A DNA stretch of 63,733 nucleotides, filler included, from Perkinsus chesapeaki ATCC PRA-425 (taxonomy: Eukaryota > Protista > Perkinsozoa): assembly GCA_013115145.1 (NCBI GenBank). It is 9 parts of 9 records of this genome, joined end to end, with 100 filler letters (N's around TTAATTAATTAA, not from the genome) between each part and the next. Parts side by side here need not be neighbours in the genome. Positions count along the whole stretch, not along the records: positions 57,204 to 61,234 come from JAAPAO010001326.1; positions 61,335 to 62,579 come from JAAPAO010002083.1; positions 62,680 to 63,733 come from JAAPAO010002248.1; 6 more parts are not named here. One strand, written 5' to 3'. The position numbers and the translations under genes were made by a program. Under the pieces are notes generated by a model. The model was not told the origin of the DNA. It ran no database searches and saw only the letters and a program-made list of their open reading frames with translations. This document shows positions 60,677 to 63,733 of the stretch, piece after piece; positions within the stretch are counted from its first letter, which is position 1, and every line of letters starts with the position of its first letter.

Positions 60677-61234
60677 TTTACACTAGTAAAATGTTATTAT
60701 ATAATCTTGTTCGATTGTCCTTTACTAGGTCTTCGTGACGAAGTGGCGGAGCTTGTTCAGGCGTTATTTTGCTCGTTGTTAGTTTGTCATCACACGCGTA
60801 GTGCTTTGGAGGTGCGAGCGAGTGATCAAATCGCGCGGAAACGATTCAGAGAGGAAGTCGTGGGTTCGAATCCCACAGGCCGCATCTCTCCGTCAAATAA
60901 TATTTTTGCGCTCTCACTCGACACACGGGGTAGCTTTCAATAAATTACAAATTTTCTAGGCATCCCCAGAGGAAGGGGAATCTTTTCGTCTATAGACTAT
61001 CAGCTAGTTTGCTCTGGTTAACAAGAAATAATTCGTACGCACGCACGCACGTCGAAATGATCCATTTCCAGATAATAAGCTCCGCTCGCTCCGCAATTTT
61101 TACACTAGTAAAATGTTATTATATAATGTTGTTCGATTGTCCTTTGTTTTTACACTAGTAGAATGTTATTATATAATGTTGTTCGATTGTCCTTTATCTT
61201 TACACTAGTAAAATGTTATTATATAATGTTGTTC
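60677..61234. repeat. 50-bp AT-rich repeat: one isolated copy (60677-60723) plus a tandem array (61097-61234) running into a gap
   Basis: Unit ttttacactagtaaaatgttattatataatgttgttcgattgtccttt..; tacactagta at 61101, 61151 and 61201. Confidence 0.93.
60806..60885 (+). mobile_element. tRNA-like degenerate element with perfect T-arm
   Basis: GTCGTGGG-TTCGAAT-CCCAC is a perfect T-arm, with D-arm-like GCGAGTGATCAAATCGC upstream. No acceptor or anticodon stem pairing. Confidence 0.5.
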
Positions 61235-61334
61235 NNNNNNNNNNNNNNNNNNNNNNNNNNNNNNNNNNNNNNNNNNNNTTAATTAATTAANNNNNNNNNN
61301 NNNNNNNNNNNNNNNNNNNNNNNNNNNNNNNNNN

Positions 61335-62579
61335 TTAATCCGGCACCACTATCAACAAGTAGGCGAACTGGGCGTCCTGCAACTTCAGCTTGAAGTTCAG
61401 CGGGCGGGACTATATCAACTTCTAAAGGACACTCTGCAATCGGCGTTGTTGACATTGTCATCAAGTCTACCTGAATGACAGGGACTGCAGTACAGCTGCT
61501 TGAATCAGATGAACCAGTATCGGGCCTAACCGGAGGTGGACTCGATGAAGTACCACCCGTATCACCGTCTATAGCCGCCATCGCTGTAGTTGGTTTTCTG
61601 GGGCCTCTACCGCCCCTGGAATTAAACCTCGCCACTGGTACTGGAGCACTACATGCAGCAGAATAGTGTCCAGGCTGCTTACATCGACCACAGAGCAGCG
61701 TGGCGGAACTATGCAAACATTGTGCAAGCAAATGATCATAGCTTCCGCAACGGGAGCACCTCTGCTGGGGCTCATAAATCTTACTTCGGCATTCAAATGC
61801 CCGATGCCCTTTCATGGCACATCGCCAACAGGCGTCCTTGTCGATGTCTCCCAAAGCAAGTGAGAGAGCTGCTTCGTCAATGCTTTCTTCATCATCATAG
61901 GCGTTGGTGTCAGCTACAGAGACCTGTACACGTTTACCGCCACGCGATACTGAGGTGGTTCTCCTTGCAGATCCTACCGGTGTCTCATTATATTGAGCCC
62001 ATCGACGAACTTCCTTGCGCATAGCAGCATAATTGGCGACGGCCGAAGAGCCTAAGGAGTCAATCCAACGTTGGGCAGCAGATGGTAAAGAGGCATAGAG
62101 CTTGGATCGCAACTCACGGTCAAGAACAGGGCTGCCTCTAGATAATGCTACACGGTCAGCCAGAGTGAGTAGCTTCGTGAGATGAGATTCCATTCTCGAT
62201 GAACCAGTAACATAGGTAAATTTGTCCCATTCCAATTGTATAGCCAAATCTGAGGATAGCACAGTGTATTCCTCTAGCAAAGCAGAACGAAGTATTGAGA
62301 GTTTACGCTCCCAATCCTGACTTGACACACCTTTCTTCTTGATCTGAACCTTCACTTCCTTATTTATGTAGCCGGACACATCCTCATCTAAGTTGGATCT
62401 TATATAAAAATACTTGAATATATCAGATCCACAAGAATATTCATCCATAGAATCAATCTCATCTAAGAATACAGCGATGGATCTTGGATCTTTCGATCCT
62501 ATATAGAGGCCACCAGTAACCTTTCCGGCCTCTTTAGCACGAGAAATCAGTTTAGAGATATTAACGCTACCTCCATTAT
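61335..62579 (-). mobile_element. LTR retrotransposon gag-protease ORF (Ty3/gypsy-like), both ends in gaps
   Basis: Open across the whole contig; three CX2CX4HX4C knuckles (CWRCAMKGHRAFEC, CSRCGSYDHLLAQC, CGRCKQPGHYSAAC), followed in frame by the aspartic-protease motif LLVDSGA. Confidence 0.9.
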
Positions 62580-63733
62580 NNNNNNNNNNNNNNNNNNNNN
62601 NNNNNNNNNNNNNNNNNNNNNNNTTAATTAATTAANNNNNNNNNNNNNNNNNNNNNNNNNNNNNNNNNNNNNNNNNNNNGGGGGGGGTCCACACAACAAT
62701 GACAACAATTACTAACATCTAAACGCGGTCGTTAGAGTTCCGTAAACCGAACAAACTACCTCGAGGTCTCCCACAAACAGAAAGAGACGCGGTAGATAGC
62801 CGGCTGTTGCCCCAGACACTGCACGACTCATGCAGCATCATGAATACTCTGCTGACTCAACAACGTCGGACATTTCTGCAGTATTGGGTGCAGACCTCAT
62901 CATGCAGACCTCCCTCAGAAAAAGGCGTTGAACTCCCGAAGGTTGAATACACCGACAGCGAATGCCGTGGTGACAGGTCAAGTGTGACACCGTTTCGTGA
63001 CCGTCTCCTCGAGTGCAAATAAATATATCGCCATGGCGAAACTGGCTATCGGCGAGTGATTTGTGACTATCTTCAGTCTTACAGAGCTCGAGGCTTTGAT
63101 ACTATGAATGCTGCCACCTTTGCTGTTCATATGGTTCTCATGCTCGGAGTATTTGGGAGTACTGAGGACGCTTTAGGGCATCAAAACATGTGGGCTGTCA
63201 TGTTCGGGATAATCACCCACTTATGGTTGTTGTCAGACCGGCTTCAACGATCCCAAGACCAGCAGGAAACGTAAAGACACATGCTCCAAACGGTGCTTGA
63301 CCACAGTTCTCTTCGAGCTTATTAGACATATATTAGGTTCTTATCCCAAACCTGATGGGGTCTGCCGAAAGACTGCTAAAGGTTATACTGGGTGCACTTG
63401 CCCGGAGGGCACCGGATTGTATTGCCAAGACCCAGTAAGATAATGTGTATCTGCCAGGAGTGGCCGACAGCCTTTTCTCCAGGGCCAGTGGTCAGACTTA
63501 CCTGAGGGGTGTGTATGCGGGGAGCATTGCTCCAAAGATTCGGACTGTCCGGGTCCACCTAGTGGTAACTCCAGTCCGTACTGCCGTCAGGGTGTGTGCC
63601 TGCTGGGCTGCTTGGTAAGCATCTCCTCAGTAATCTGCGATCTTACTTTCTCAGGGGTTCAAGAAATGCCCTACAGACATGCACTGCATTTTTGATGCTC
63701 CTATTGTTTGTCAATGGCGCAACAATTGACCAT

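Noticed and set aside
60806-60885. Functional tRNA gene
   Set aside because: The T-arm is perfect, but the acceptor stem pairs only about 4/7 and there is no anticodon stem; kept as tRNA-like only.
62680-63733. Short ORFs after the last gap; also 57253-57690 and 57896-58900
   Set aside because: Open stretches exist, but no recognisable domain or consistent gene model could be built by eye.

Overview
Eukaryotic, intron-rich genomic scaffold. Gene families, short (mostly 40-55 nt) GT-AG introns and retroelement style point to the alveolate Perkinsus (inference, not provable from the window). Eight 100-nt gaps are N44-TTAATTAATTAA-N44 assembly spacers, and a further gap is 97 N, so several genes are cut by gaps. 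The left half (1-32 kb) is accessory or repeat-rich. It holds a DIRS-like RT remnant, an N-terminal VPS13 gene, a small secreted 8-Cys prepropeptide, a cold-shock-domain gene, a TBC Rab-GAP, EMG1/NEP1, two tandem papain-family proteases, a decayed LINE, a KH protein, a GH18 fragment, a bacterial-type PepD with introns, a gypsy fragment and a mini-mucin. The region 32.5-57 kb is a very tightly packed housekeeping cluster: EEP phosphodiesterase, MAD1-like coiled coil, calpain-7, DnaJ-SANT, a stand-alone CheY-like response regulator, SPFH/HIR, ZNF706, FAM241-like, BET bromodomain and a sugar porter. The right end has a GCN5-like GNAT, tRNA-like elements and a gag-protease ORF. The most unusual signals are (i) tRNA T-arm/B-box sequences recurring inside short spliceosomal introns, (ii) three unrelated perfect 43-55 bp palindromes that each have a single central C, (iii) the toxin-like Cys-rich prepropeptide and (iv) the intron-containing single-domain receiver protein. 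Exon structures were read by eye, so internal boundaries are approximate. No database searches were run.
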